Source: Phyllosticta citribraziliensis
Lineage: Eukaryota
NCBI RefSeq assembly: GCF_038025025.1
Contig: NW_027117344.1
Location: forward strand, 558,001-622,000
DNA length: 64,000 nucleotides
Direction: 5' to 3'
In this document: positions 36,984 to 50,338 of the stretch, piece by piece
How the letters are laid out: every line of letters starts with the position of its first letter
How positions within the stretch are numbered: position 1 is the stretch's first letter
Position numbers and translations under genes: made by a program
The notes under the pieces: generated by a model
What the model was told of the DNA's origin: nothing
The model's input: the letters and a program-made list of their open reading frames with translations, nothing else
Database searches by the model: none

Positions 36984-39900
36984 GGTTTTTTCGGGTTGCT
37001 CTTTGCGAGGCGGAGGTGGCAATGAGCGAGCGAGGCGCGCGCAAACGAGCTGCTTCCGGTTCGCGCTCGCTTCATCAGCTGGCGAGGCGCTTGACTTGCC
37101 TTCCGACTTGCCCACCTACCGGAAGGCGTTGAATGTTGATGCCTTCGGATCCGCCTCAGAGAATGACGCTGATGATGGAGGCGCAGCGCGAGGGCCGCGG
37201 CGAAGCAGTTCGGGTCGGCCCCAGAAGTTGGCATCTGGCGAGCAGCATGGGGTAGGTATGGGGCGGATCCGCGAGGGGTGTGGGTAAGCGGGCAACGTCA
37301 ACACTAACAACATCGACGCGAGCTGATGGGTTGAAGCTCAATTTGGCCATTAGCAGCGAGCTGGATGACGGCGGCCCGTTGCCTGGCGGCGGGTGACGGG
37401 AAACAGACAAGCAATGAGCCCGCTTCTCCGCAAAACCGTGTTTTCCGCGCGCATACTCTACCTTGGACGGAGCTGCGACAACCTTGGAAAGCTTCATCGC
37501 CACGCGCTCTGGCTGAGCATCAACAAACAGTTGGACGAGACGAGCCAGGCAGTCGGTCGGGCGGCTAGAATCCTTCACCTCTACCCTATCGCTACCCAAG
37601 GTACCAAATCGCAGGGATCGGAACCATCTAGAACGGGGGGCGGGCGGGCGGTACGGGTTTCTTCACTGGGAAGCCCGCTCGGCCAGGGCGGCAAACCAAA
37701 ACACCACGGCATCAAAGCCAAGAGCATGGAATGGCGAAACTCGACACGGCAAGCACCGTTGGTTGTCCCTGTTGATTTTGTCGTCGAAGTCGTCCTCGTC
37801 GACAGCCCTGTCGCTCGGAATGTCCCAAAAGCGAAGCTGTTTGCGTGGTTTTGGCTTTTCTCCCGCCTTGTTTTCCTTATTTTCCCTTCTCCCGACCGAC
37901 CAACAAGACGAGACGCGGAGAAACGCCAGGAGGACGTGTATCCCCGTCACCAAAGCGGCCGCCAGGAACCTGTTCCCCAAAGCACACTTACCTTGCGGCA
38001 CCTTGCCCCGCCCCCGCAATCCCTACCTCTCACCCCCACACGCGGCGGCGGACACTTCCCGTCCACTACTTTCTCTCTCCGGTGAGTTGCTTTGTCCAGT
38101 CACACACCGTCTTTTCGACTCTTGGAGTTATCAGTCCCGCCCCGTATCCGCCCTCTCCTTTTCCCCGTAACATCCCGATGACGCGCCCCGGGCGGGTCCA
38201 GGGTCTTCTGGCCCAGGTTTCTTGGACCTGCCTTGACGGGAAGAACAGTCGTATCCGTTGGTTGGCAAACCATGCTCCTTTTTCTGGCGGGGTAGAGCGG
38301 TTATCGGCAAATGCCCTGGCCTGCCCTGACCTGCCCTGCTACAAGTAAGGCCCGGCAGCTTGGGTCGTAGTCGTTCGCGGCGCCCCGTGAGCTTCGTGTT
38401 GACCTTGGACCGAGGGTGAATCGTGGTGGCTCTACAGGAACTTGCTTTGGCATGCGAGTATCTTGGTTGCCGACTGTGTTTGAAGAATGGGCCGACGTCG
38501 CTCGTATACGCGCATGGCGTATTCTTTGATAGATTGATGTTGTAGGGGCTTGGTATCAATGGCATCAGCAATCCAACAGTGTGACAACGCGAAGCGCTGA
38601 ACAACGAGACCGAAAAAGTCTACTTTTCTAATCAAGAAGTCGAAACTGGCCATCCTGCTCCCGCCTCCAACAGCAGACAGCGAACCAACCCACGAGAACA
38701 CAGCGATATCACAACCATGACCATGCCCGTGCCGCCGCCCGAACCGCTCGTCTTCATTAGTATAGTATGTACACTACCATGTACATCACAGAACCAACGC
38801 ACCGGGTCTGACATCCCGCCCACGCTGTCTCCCTTCTACAAGTGTCTCCAACCAATCACATCCGGCCGCCCAACAAGCCCGCCCCTGGAAGTCTCTTCTC
38901 TTCCCTTCCCTTCCCCTTCCAGCTTACCGGTCGCGTCTATCGACAGCGCCCGATGCACGCGTAGCAAGCTCCTCCATGGATAGGCACTTCAGCCTGTCTG
39001 CGCATGGCACCACGCGCTGCTACTCCGTATAGTGCCTCTACCTCTGTCTCTCCATCGCGTTCTAGAACTGTTGCGTCGATGACTCCTGCGCCTGTTGACT
39101 TGATGCTGTGCATTACGACTCGGCCAAATTCATCTCTCTCACTCACCTCATCTCATCTCCTTTCCACGCAGTAGATTCATCAGCTCGCCAGCGCTAAACC
39201 ACAGTCCCTCTCCCCCTCCTCCTGGTCCCGCTTTCTCCGCGACTCCGCTGAAAAGCGCAGCAGCGACACCGGAGAGCCGCGACGACGCCGGCAGGCGGGA
39301 TGTGCTTGCATGCTTGCATCCCTGCTGCATACATACATACATACATCCATCTGTCGATACGCTGCAAAAGTTGGATGGCGTGTTGCGTGATTTATGGCTT
39401 TGCCTGTTGACCAGCTGGCCGGCACCGCGCGGCGGAGCATTTGTCTGTCTGTCTGCTTTTTATTTTATTTTTTGAGCTGAGCTGGGCTGAGCTGAGCGAC
39501 GTGGTGGGGTTGACTCGCTGTGCTTGCTGTACAGCGCAGCGCAGCGCAGCCCGCGCGGGCCGTGGATGCGTGCGTACAGATACAAGGAATGGGCGTGGTT
39601 TGTAGGGCGGCATTGGGTGGGATGGGGGGAGTGGCTGCTTTGACTGTGATGATATACATGGAAAGATGGGGATATGTTAGTGCATTGGCTAGGAAGTGGT
39701 CAGTGGAGAAGCACGGTAGGAAAGAGACTGTGAGCACTGAGACCAAGTGCTTCGAGGCAGCGGTTCCGTGGACAGGAAGTTTATCAGCTCAATCTGTCTT
39801 TAGTGACTAAACCCCTGAGATGACGACGGCGTGGAATTTGCTCATTTAGAGCCCGTTTGCATGGAGTAATTTGTTTATCTAGTTATGGACTAATTAGCAG

Positions 39901-40503
39901 TAGTCGTGAGAGGGTTTCAATAAATCGTGCCCTATTCAGTACGCTTCGATAATCGAATTTCTTCTCAAGTTAAACTAGAAAATCAGTGCGCTTCACTACC
40001 TCCAAAAGCGACATACACAACTTAAGCTTCTCACCATATGACTTAAAACCAAAGCAATCGCTTCAGCAGTTCAAATGGCTCTCATCTCTTCCGTCTCCGG
40101 AGCTTCAATGTTCTTTAATTGGTACCCCGTAATGCCGCACAGACGTCTCTTTCTCTTCACCATGCAGTTGGGTGGGCACTCCTACTCCCCTTCTGAATTA
40201 CTCCTGCTATTCAGCTCACGCAAAATGAAGAACCTGCGCGGCCTCGTCACCTCGACCTCACCATCCACATCCCTTTCCCGTCCTCCCCTTACCGCGCACA
40301 GCCTAACTAAAACTCTCCCCAGCAACCCTCTAAACACCATACAGAGCGCACCCAACCATTAACTAAGCTGAACCAAGCACCAAATCACATTTCCCGCAGC
40401 AGCAGCAGCGACCACTCCTACTCCACCTTCCGCACCGCACCGCCCTGCCCCCCAACCTTCCTTTCAACACAATACATAATCTTTGCAAGCGAGTCAATCC
40501 AGT

Positions 40504-40622
40504 ACGTACGACCATAGCACGCAGAGAATTCGGAACCCCGTCCGCTCTTCCATAGACAAGCTGCGTTGCGGGCGATTAGTAGTTGCGTGGGTGACCAGCA
40601 GCGAATCCCGTCTGTTGTACGT
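40504..40622 (+). rRNA. Dispersed 5S rRNA gene
   Basis: 119 nt: ACGTACGACCATA...CCCGTCCGCTCT...TAGTAGTTG...GGTGAC...GCGAATC...TGTTGTACGT. Helix I ACGTACGAC pairs with GTTGTACGT. T-run terminator follows. AT-rich element ~30 nt upstream. Confidence 0.95.
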
Positions 40623-41271
40623 TTTGACCTTTTTTCTTTTCTTCGTCTTTTTTTTTGTGGGGCTGGTAGTTAGGCGCGCGGTTGGTATGTGCCCACAGTC
40701 GTAGAACCGAGAAACGGTCTCTTTGTATGCCCGACACTGAGCTCATGGACGACCAACGGGACGTGATAATCGAGGGATTTATTTTCAGTTTGCTGGGTTG
40801 GAGTCGAGTACATCGGCACTGCTTCTGCGTGGCTGTCGTATGGTGGATGATGCTACCTGTAGCTATGTACCTCAACGTGGTGATAATATCTTGCTATGCA
40901 GTCGTTCGTCTTCTCAGGAACCGAAAGGGTCGATAAATAGACGCATGGTTGGTTGTACATGAGGAAGAAGAAGAAAAAATAGCAATAGCGATGGAAGTGG
41001 CGGTGGTCAACACAACAATTTGCCCACCACCATGGTAGTCGTTGTCTTCCTTGGAAGTGCCACACGCTTTGGAATAATCTCGATAATGCTGTCCGACATG
41101 CACATCTTGTTCCCACATCCTGTACACTGTTTATCTGCCCTGATGCTGCTGCCGCCGTCTTTTGCACAGTAGTACTGTTGTATGTGTCGCTTCGCTTTTC
41201 GTGCCACTTTCTCGCGCCATCAGTCGCCTGGGTATTCACCTTTCATAATATATCCTGTGTCGAGTCTCTGT

Positions 41272-44200
41272 CTAACTCATGTTGCGCAACTTCTCCCTCT
41301 CCGTTTCGGTCAGGGCGTTGAACATTTCTTCAAAGCCGGGCTTCTGCGCCGCCTCGTGGAAAAAGTTGGTGAGGTACGCTTGCGTCTCGTCGTCACGCTG
41401 GCGCGAGCCGTGCGCATCCAGTTCGCCCAATGCCATGAGTTCTGAGATGGACGCGGAGGTCCCGTTGTCAGCTGTCTGTTAAGCGGCGAGATTTCCACGG
41501 CTGAATAGAAGTGGAAGAGTGCAAGGGGACGAATATCCACATACCAGCCTTCGAAGCGCCCAGTCCCAGATCCACGACACCGTCATCATCCTCCCACTCC
41601 TCATCAGTGTCGTCCTCATCCGCCTCCTGTGATGCTCCGGCAGCCGATCCAGGATTGACGTTTTGCATGTTTCCGCTCGCCGAAAGGAGCTCCTCAATCA
41701 AGACCTTGAGAATCTTGAGAGTAGCAGGGACCATTGTGAACTGGTCGGGATCTAGTCGAGATTGCGAGTTAGAGCGCCAGTGAACCGATGCTGTTGGTGC
41801 GAAACCCGTGTTGGTGAGGGGAGAACTACTTTGCTTGGCTCTCGACCGCGTCATGATGCGGCTGGACTGCGGAACGATCAGGTCACCCTTGACCATTATT
41901 TGGGACAGGCGGGGGTCGTTGAGGTCGTAAAGCTTGGATAGGGCAATGACGCTTTTGATGTATCAGTAAACAGTCACAAAAAAGAACGGGGACAACTTGC
42001 TTTTGGCGAATCTCGTCGTATCCAACAAAGTTGATGGAGTTTTCCAACCACTTGGCCATGACGACCTGAAGAGCGTTACTCTGGCCAATTTCAGTTTGAA
42101 CGAGAAAGTCGACCACCTCGCGGGCATTGACAAGAGATAGACGAGCAAAGACCAGGGTTAAGCTCTGGATGAACTGCGCCTGTGTGGCGCTGCCCAAACG
42201 GACAGCCACAGCGCGGAGGAGCGTCATCAGGTAAGGACCTAACCTCTCGGAACCAGCCTTTTCGACGAGCTCAGCAGCGAGTTGACCGACCTCGGCGGCA
42301 GCATTGTCATCAACCGAGGGGCTGAGCAGACGGTCGATGATGAGGAGCACAACCTCCAGGCCGCCCTTGCCCGTGTGGTCTCGCCACTCGAACAGCTGCT
42401 GGTGGTCGTGTTGCAAAATGTTCTTGACGGAAGCCGTAGCCGGCTTGATGAGTTCCTCGTCGTTTGATTCGATCAAGACGCGGTTGAGCTTGGGCATCAC
42501 GGTAGAAACGAATCCAGGAGGAAGTGGTTCGGAACCAAACTCGGTCAGTACAGCGAGCAGCTCAGCAGCCAGGTTAGTCAATGAATTCTCCTCGGTCAGG
42601 GTTCCCACATCAAAGGCTCCAGTCAGGGAAGGGAGGACCTTTTGGCAGAGACGAGTGTAAATTTCAGGACCGGCAGAGGCCAGGGCCGACACAATCTCCT
42701 CAAAGGTCTCGGCGACAAGCATGGTGATTTGGAAGTTGGCCGCGCCGTGGCTGGCGATCGTGAAGAGAAGGTCAAGACCAGCGCCGTCGAGGCATACTCG
42801 AGTGTCGAGGAGGATGGCATCCCTCAGGGTCTCGACAAGAGTCATCATGAGGTCGTCGCTGTCCGCAAACTCGGAGAGATCTTGGCCAGAGAGATAGGAG
42901 GAGATGGCGTCGATGGTAGCACCCTGCAGGGGCAAGGTGATGGCCGGAGGCAAGGCAGAGAGATAATGCTGTATGGCGCGAATGCAGGCGACCTTGACAA
43001 TGTCGGACGAGTCATTGGTGATGGCCTGCAGAGAAGTCTCCATAAAGGAGGCGGCAACAGGCTGGAGAGCATCTCCAGAGGTCATGGTAAGGCTGCCGGC
43101 CACCAAGTAACCACGAGCACGGAGGAATTCTTCCTCTTGCTGCATGGCGTACCTGACAAAGTCGACGAATCCAGTGGCAGCCTCGGGGCTGATTTGACGG
43201 TCCTCGTCAGAAAAGTCGCTGAGCATCTGGTTGAGAATGTACAGCGCGGCTTCCTTGGCCTTCCAAGTCTGGTTCGTCGAGTACAGCGAGCGGGTGTACG
43301 ATAGAAGGCCGTCGACGGTTGCAGAGCTGAGCCATTCACCGAGCTTGATGACGAGATCTCCACAGGCAGTACGAGGGGTGTAGTTGGCAGTGACGCTAGT
43401 CTCCTCAGACAAGAACACATTGACGTCCAAGTTCCAGAGGCCCTCTTCCTCGTTTGTGATTTGCGCGTATGCCACAGCAAGCTTCATGACTTCGGTCACC
43501 CAAGTGTTTCCACCTGCAGCCTGGGCTTGAAGTTGCTGCTCCAGCTCCTTGCGGACCGGAGGTGCCTTGAGGCATGCCTGCATAAAGTCGAGCTCTTCCA
43601 GAACAAGGAAATCGAGCGTGTAAGGGAGTCCGTCGGCGTCTTCCAATCGGCTCTGTCTTTCGTCCTCAATGTACATGCTGTGGAATGCAACCTGGAGAGA
43701 GGAGAGTTCATCCCAGGTCGAGGAAAAGAGGACGGGGCTATGCGGAGAAAGAGTCGAAGGGAATACGGAACGTATTCTCACCAGGGCCTGTCTCTTGTTA
43801 TCTTGTGCGTCCGCGGGGCGAGGGCAATCTTCATACCTTGACGACTTGCAGCTTCAGGGCCACCAGACCCCTCCAAATCTCCGCTGCCTCAGCGTTCTGA
43901 CGCTGCTCCTCCTCGGTCGGGGCACTGGGAAGTTTGCTCTTCAAAATCTCGATAAAGAATGGCAGCCAGACGCTCAAAGTCTCCTCGGCAAAGCCCTTGA
44001 CCTCGGCCTTGTGGTCCTCCATGACCATTTCCAGGGTACCGAAGCAAGCGCGGAAAACAGAGACGGCCAATGCGCGCAAAGTGGGCTTTCTCTGGTCATT
44101 TGCAGCCACGTCGTACATGGTCTTGACCATGTCCCGCGCGCAGCTGAAGAATTGCTGCTCCTGTAGCGAGTCCTCGACCAATTCACTCAGCACCTTGAGC

Positions 44201-44646
44201 GCGCCGTGAAGCTGGCCGTCCTGGGCAGTGGGTATCATGTGGAGGAGGCCGGGCAGGAGTTCGGGCCATTGCTCTGGGTAGTCTGCAGAAGCAATCTTGG
44301 AGACGGCATAGCTGGCAGCCGTCTTGATCTTGCGTTCGGCGGTTGCACTCGTGGCGAGCTCGAGAAGAGAGTGACGCAGCTGGCGCTTCAGCTCCTCGCT
44401 CAGCACAATCTGGCCGCGGAATTCGTCGAACTGGGGCGTCCAAGTGGAAAGGATGTATTTGCGGAGGTACAGCAGCGAGCATTGCCGTATCTCAAGCGGT
44501 ACCGAGTCGTGCGAAGCCACGGTGACCAGGCCGGCAGGGAAGGCCTCGTTGCCGTATAGCTGCTCGAGTTGCAGCTCTGCCTGCTTACGCGGAGCTTCGG
44601 CGTTGGCCTGGGTGTCGGCGAGGAGGCGGACGAGTTGCTCCTCCAT
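41272..44646 (-). CDS. KAP114: Importin-beta family karyopherin (importin-9/Kap114)
   Basis: IBN_N-like N-terminus (RKQAELQL, IASADYPEQWPELL), WKAKEAALY, and C-terminal VKGDLI...RIMTRSRAK with an acidic loop. Introns at 43788-43836, 41952-42000 (GC-AG), 41752-41829 and 41442-41544. Confidence 0.88.
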
Positions 44647-45024
44647 GGCTGTAGAGCGTCTTGAGCGTACAGAGGGCAGAGGCGCGTCGTTGTGGCGTGG
44701 GCTACTGCAAGTAAGGACGCGTGACGTGAGTCGAGGACAAAATTCGTGGGGTCGAGTGGTCGGTGGAGCTCTCACCGCCCGGGCGTGTTGAGGTGAGACG
44801 GCGAGGGACCTGTCCTGGTGGGCGGGGAAAGATGTTGGAGGAGCCTGGGTTCCAGCGAAAGGCAGAAGGCGCTCCTGGAGAGATTGTGGGCGTCACCAAG
44901 CACTCGCGTCCGCTCGGAGCAAATTGGGTTTATGGTGGAGTTGAGCGGTGACGACCAAAGAGGTCCAATTTGCAAAGCGCCGCGCCGCGTCTTCGTTATC
45001 GATAGCCGCGGTTTTCCATCACTT

Positions 45025-45118
45025 ACGCGTCGACGTCAAGTGTCCAACCTGACAACACCACAACTACGCATTGCCCACTCCCTCTCTCTCGCAGGCCAGT
45101 CCTTGACTTCCAACGCGT
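45025..45118. promoter_or_regulatory. Two MCB (ACGCGT) elements upstream of REV7
   Basis: ACGCGT at 45025-45030 and 45113-45118. Confidence 0.45.
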
Positions 45119-45286
45119 CCGCCCCAATCCGATCGAGTCCTGCTCTGCCATCCTTCGGCGTCCACTACACAGAATGGAGCCACGCTGAACCTCATCGACG
45201 GCGCCTGTATCTCCACCGACCAACGACCAGGGTACACTCCGGCTAAGCCCTACGGATACAAGCTCACCATCCGGCGCACCGGCAGC

Positions 45287-46096
45287 ATGGCATCCCCGTC
45301 GCCGCAAGACCAATCGCGCGTCCAAGCCGGACAGCCTTCAGCACCGGCGACCTTCACCGCCCTCATCAGCGCCTTCACCTCCTTCCTGACCGTCTCTCTG
45401 CACACCATCCTCTACCATCGCGCCATCTATCCGCGCGCCACGTTCCTCACCTCGCGCGCCTACAACTATCCCGTCGCCCAGTCGCGCCATCCGGCTGTCT
45501 GCACCTGGATCACCGATGCCGTCGCCGCCGTCGAAGCAGAACTGCTGCGCAACCGCGCCCGCTCCGTCGCCCTCGTCGTCTACAGCCGCGACGCCCGTCC
45601 GCTCGAGCGCTTCGTCTGGGATGTGAGCCGCTTCCCGCACGTCGAGGCGGCCGAACGCGAGCTGGTCATGGAGCGGCTGGATGACGCGGGCGCTGCCACT
45701 ACAACCGAAGGAGTTGCCGCTTTGGGTGCCGTGCAGGTCGACATGGAAGAGCAGTTTAGGGCTGTGCTTGCGAGGCTTAGCACTTGTGACACGCGCTTGA
45801 AACCGCTGCCCGAGGGTTGCACGTTTACAATGGCTATAGAGATCAAGGAACAGGCAGAGCCGCCGTTGGGACACCCACAGCCGTGGATACCGGCGCAGCC
45901 ATCACTGCAGGCCAGCAAGAAAAGAGCTGGCTGGGAGGAGGAAGCCGGGGCGGAAAAACGGCGCAAGGGAGAAGACGTGGGTGGAGTCAAGACGACTCCT
46001 ATCAGAGCCGTCGAGGCTGGTGAGATGATGTTTGAGATGTGGATTGAAGAAGCAAAGGCAAAGATGGACTTTACACAAGGAGGGAGCTCTGCATAA
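45287..46096 (+). CDS. REV7: HORMA-domain DNA polymerase zeta subunit Rev7
   Basis: FLTVSLHTILYHRAIYP..TF...RAYN.PV.QSRHP, PLERFVWD, LPEGCTFTMAIE and PIRAVEAGEMMFEMWIEE. Single exon. Confidence 0.9.
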   Translation: MASPSPQDQSRVQAGQPSAPATFTALISAFTSFLTVSLHTILYHRAIYPRATFLTSRAYNYPVAQSRHPAVCTWITDAVAAVEAELLRNRARSVALVVYSRDARPLERFVWDVSRFPHVEAAERELVMERLDDAGAATTTEGVAALGAVQVDMEEQFRAVLARLSTCDTRLKPLPEGCTFTMAIEIKEQAEPPLGHPQPWIPAQPSLQASKKRAGWEEEAGAEKRRKGEDVGGVKTTPIRAVEAGEMMFEMWIEEAKAKMDFTQGGSSA

Positions 46097-46628
46097 TGAA
46101 TGTAGTCCGTTGAATTGCCCTGAATAAGATAGCCCAGTAAAGCTTGCCATTCTAGAGAAAGCCCTTGTAATCCCGTCCATTGAAGCCAAAATAGAGCCTG
46201 TCATTAACCATTTTCCCCGTCCACGCCATAGTCGATAGGCAAAGAAAAGCTAGTTCAGTTAAAGAAAATCAATCCCATCCCCATTGTCCTGACGTCTCTG
46301 TTCCATCATTCGTAGCCGCCTTCCGAGCATTCTGGTCGCGGTGTCGGTCGATGGATGTTGTCGGGCTCTGATGGCCGAGACAAAGCCTTACAAGGCTAGT
46401 GCGTTGATATGGCGCCTTTGATGCTTTCGCTCCTTTGCCAGGATATTATCTTTACGCTCCTTACGCCGTGTCCAGTGACCCTGTGAAACTGCTCTCGTAG
46501 GATAATTTTGGGGGAGAGGGAAAGAAGGAGAAAAGACCAAAGTCAAAAGGGAAAAGTGTCGTTCAGGGGAGAAATTTGCTGATCGCATCCACAGGCGACG
46601 GGCTCCGGATCGGACGCTGTGGATGGTA

Positions 46629-49248
46629 TCACCGAGGGCGATGGCGCCTCGCCGCCATGAGCTCCCGTGCATCTAACATGGCCTGATTCGCCTGACGGTT
46701 GATTTGTGCCCAGCCTTGCGGGTCTCTGGCCGCCTGGTGAGCATTGTGCGGTGGTCTTTCAAAACCAGGCATATTGTTCGGCGCTAAACCGAAAAGAATA
46801 CGGTTCCGCGCCTCCAATTCTCGCATCCTCAGTTGCGGGTCTGGGAACACGGGCTCCCGTCCCCGTCGCTCGGGCTCGACCTCTGGAGGAATGTCTTGAG
46901 CGAGTTGGGGAGGCACTCCATGATGCATACGGAGCGCAGGATCAGGACCGAGTCTACCGGCCCGCCACTCTCGAAATCGCTGAAGGACCGGATTCGCTTG
47001 CGGCTGGACTTGGACCGCTGGTGCTACCATGTAAGGACCAGGAGCCGCGGGAGGTGGTCTGTTTGCGGGAGCTTGGTCGCCAAATCGTCCACAGTGACAA
47101 ACAGCACGAAGGTAGTCATGGGGTAACCAATCATGCCGTGGCGCCCTAATGCCGTCGAGCATCCTGAGCAGTCTTTCACAGGGACAAGGTGGACCATTGG
47201 GTATTCGGGCGCGAGGGTTTTCAGGGAGGGGAATCTGCGGGGGATTGCCGGGCACGCCAAAGTGCGGAGCGTATACATCTCCGGGGTAGCCTTGTGCACC
47301 AGGATGGTGGGCCCCTCTTTCAACGCGTTCTTTGTCCGCCTTCTTGACTGCCTCGGACACCTGAATCTTGAGGTCTTCCTCGGCCATGTTGGGGTTTTCT
47401 TTTTTCAGTTCCTCAAACGCAGCCTTTTCGGCCTTTTGAACTTCTTCCTCATGGCGTTGCTCTGTATTTTCATACAGCGGGCATTGGCCTGGTTTAGCGC
47501 CGAAATGGTTATAGTCTTTGACGTTTTTGGAGCAGACATAGCTAGATGGCAGTCAGCATATGATGATTGCAAGGGACTGAAGAATTCCTACCATTGAAGG
47601 TTTCTGCAAGAAGTGCAGGTCATCTTGTTGCAACCATAGTCCTTGATGAATTTGTTCTTGCAGTTGCTGCAGGACAGGTTAGCCAAATTCCACATTACGG
47701 TGGATCAAACTTACTTGCACTCGCGAATGAGTGCAGCGGTCATTGCCTCTTCGACTTTGTGACGCACGTCTATTTTCTTGTCCTTGGATGCTTGTTCGCA
47801 AGTAAAGGGAACATGTGTTTCTTGTCTGCACAGCCTGCAGCTGACCACGGCACAGTCTTCGTTGAGGCATCGAAACTCGCGATCGACTAGCTTGGGAGCG
47901 CAGATCATCTTGAAATCGCAGAATGGACACTCGTCGAGGTCTTCTATACCAGCATTGCGCAAGTCCTCTTGCTGTTGCAGGCGTTCCAGAGTTTCGAAAA
48001 CTTTGTCGTCGAGGAATGCCTTGAGTTGGCTGCGGGAGAATTCTGCATCGCAGCCTCCAGTGTCCATGCATTTTGGTCGGCACTTGCGCTGGCCTATCTC
48101 GTTGCTGACATACATGTTGGCGCAACCATGACAGAAGAAGTGAAGCTGTTCGCCATTGCAAAAGGTCATTCTGTTGGTGGGATACTCCGCGAAGCAGCAC
48201 CCGCACTCGGTCATGTCGTTGTTGGCACGAGCAGCGGCTTCATTACGCTCTTCTGCAAGTGCTTTGAGGTGCTCCTCCTCGCGCTTCCCTGTGGAACTGT
48301 CAGCTCATGAAGCCCAAGTCCTCGATTATAAACTCACGAGTATCTTTTTCGACCTTTTTCTTTGCCCCGGCCATTTCCCTTTTGACACTGCACACAGTCG
48401 TGTCTGTCTGAGGGGCGCAAATGTGTTGCTCTTTGCGGAGCTTGGCGACTCTGCGGTACGGCCTGTCTTTGCGATCGGTAGCAGAATATTGGCGCTCGGC
48501 TTCCTCGATGGCAAGGTAAGCTTGGAAGACGGACTTTTTGTCCGCGAGAGTTGTAGTGACGAATCTTTTGGGGACGTATGGGAATTCTCGAAGTAGAAAG
48601 TGATTACTGGGAGTGTGATTAGCAGTTTGTGCGTCAATGAAGCGCGTGGTTGGCCCTCGTGTCAAGAAACCAGCAGCATAGTGTCCAATGGCCCAACGAC
48701 ACCTCGAGTCACGTGTAGCAAGTTTGGTCGACTTACCCCAATTCTTTGTATCTGGAGCCTTGAGCATTGTCCTCGGAGGGCCCATTGTAGTTGGATTCTT
48801 CACTACTGGCACGGTATTTGCGCTTGAGATTTTCACGCCGCGCTTGTCTCTGCTTGGGATAGTCGTTGGCGTCGAGAATTTCGACGATTAGCTCATCGCA
48901 CAATGAGGCATTGGCTTCCTTGCCGGCTTCTCTTTTTGCTCGAAACAATTCCAGGACGTGCTCATGGGAAATGTCGGGGTAGATCTCGAGGATGCGTGCA
49001 AGGCAGTCGTCTTCGGTAATCTCGGTTGTTCTGTGTAGTTGGGCGTCTTCGGTGGTCTCTAACTCGCGAGCGAGGTTCAAAACGGCTCTCCAATCACTGT
49101 CATCATCCAACACCAGCGTGTCGAGGCGGCCGCGAGTGGGCAATTGCGGGGCTTGATGGCCATTGAGAAGTTGTAGTCCAGCCATGTCGTCGTCATCGTC
49201 GGAGGAGATCTCAATGGTTTCTACGTGTGCGGGAGGGCGCGGCGGCAT
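46629..49248 (-). CDS. RBR-type E3 ubiquitin ligase (RNF216/TRIAD3-like)
   Basis: RING1 (ECGCC...HFFCHGC...CMDTGGC), IBR (CPFC...CLNEDC...CRLC...H...C) and RING2 (C..C...IKDYGCNKMTC..C....CYVC). Introns at 48607-48736, 48289-48337, 47667-47714 and 47542-47591. Confidence 0.88.
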
Positions 49249-50338
49249 AATGGTTGAGCCCCCAACGCTAGGGGGAGACGGTCCAAACTGCGTAGGTTCC
49301 TGTGGAGAGAAAGGGCTCTGGCGGATCGTTCCGTGGGACTTTGCAACGGGCGGAGGGATGAAGCTGTAGAGATGGGTAGCAAACGAGAGGCGCCGGAGCG
49401 CAGGTCGCAGAGGCAGCGACGCTGCGAAACATGTAGGTCTCGCAGTGAAGCTGAATGTCTTGGTGACGGAAGGCTATTGTAGTTGAGAAGCGTCAGGTCG
49501 GCTAGGCCTACGGCGGTCTGCAACGTAGTGGTCGAGGTGAATGGGCCCGTAGATCACGCGTTTGCTGCAGACGATGGACTCGACCAGCAGTGAGGTGGTC
49601 TGTTTGCTGCTGACAGCAACCTCGAAGACGGCGCTCGACGACCAGACGTTCAAGACCGACGCCAGACGTGCCTGGCTCGAGAGATGGGCGAGCGCCGTTC
49701 CAGTTGTCTACAGGCAGGTTGGCGGGAGTCGACCGAGACGGGTCTTTTGGCGCGGTCTCGCCGCCATCCGACGCGATGCCTCACAGGAGGTGACTGTGCC
49801 TGCCTGAGGTTGTGGAGACCCCGCGTCGGCCTTTTGTGCCTGGCAGCTCCTCCCTCCCCAGCTCATTGCCTCGACACCACAACCACCTCACGGCCCTTTT
49901 GGCCGATACAGGCCTGGCTACATATCAGATGGCGTCGTCGCTCGCCTGGACGTGGATCCGGCCATCTCTCCAAACACCGTCATTCCCAGCTTCCGATCCA
50001 GTGCCGCTCCACAATCCACGCCCTACGCCCACGCCCTCCGCATGTCTCTGGCAGCAATGCCCAATCAGCACGCGCGGTTTGACTCGGTTCGCATCGGGAC
50101 GCCCCGAAACCCTCACCGTCCGCACGCAGTGTCTCGGTCCTGCCAAGAGCAGTCAGTTGCCTCTGCCAGTTCCACGACGACTCTGTTGTCGACACTAGCT
50201 GCGCCCCGTCCCAGAAAGCACCGGCTTAAATATCCCTTGGCTGCCCCTCTGCATCTGCTCCGCCTTTGCCGACATTCTTAGCCCTACGCTATCTGCATAT
50301 CTTATTCAACTCGTTCAATACCCTATACCGGCTTGATC

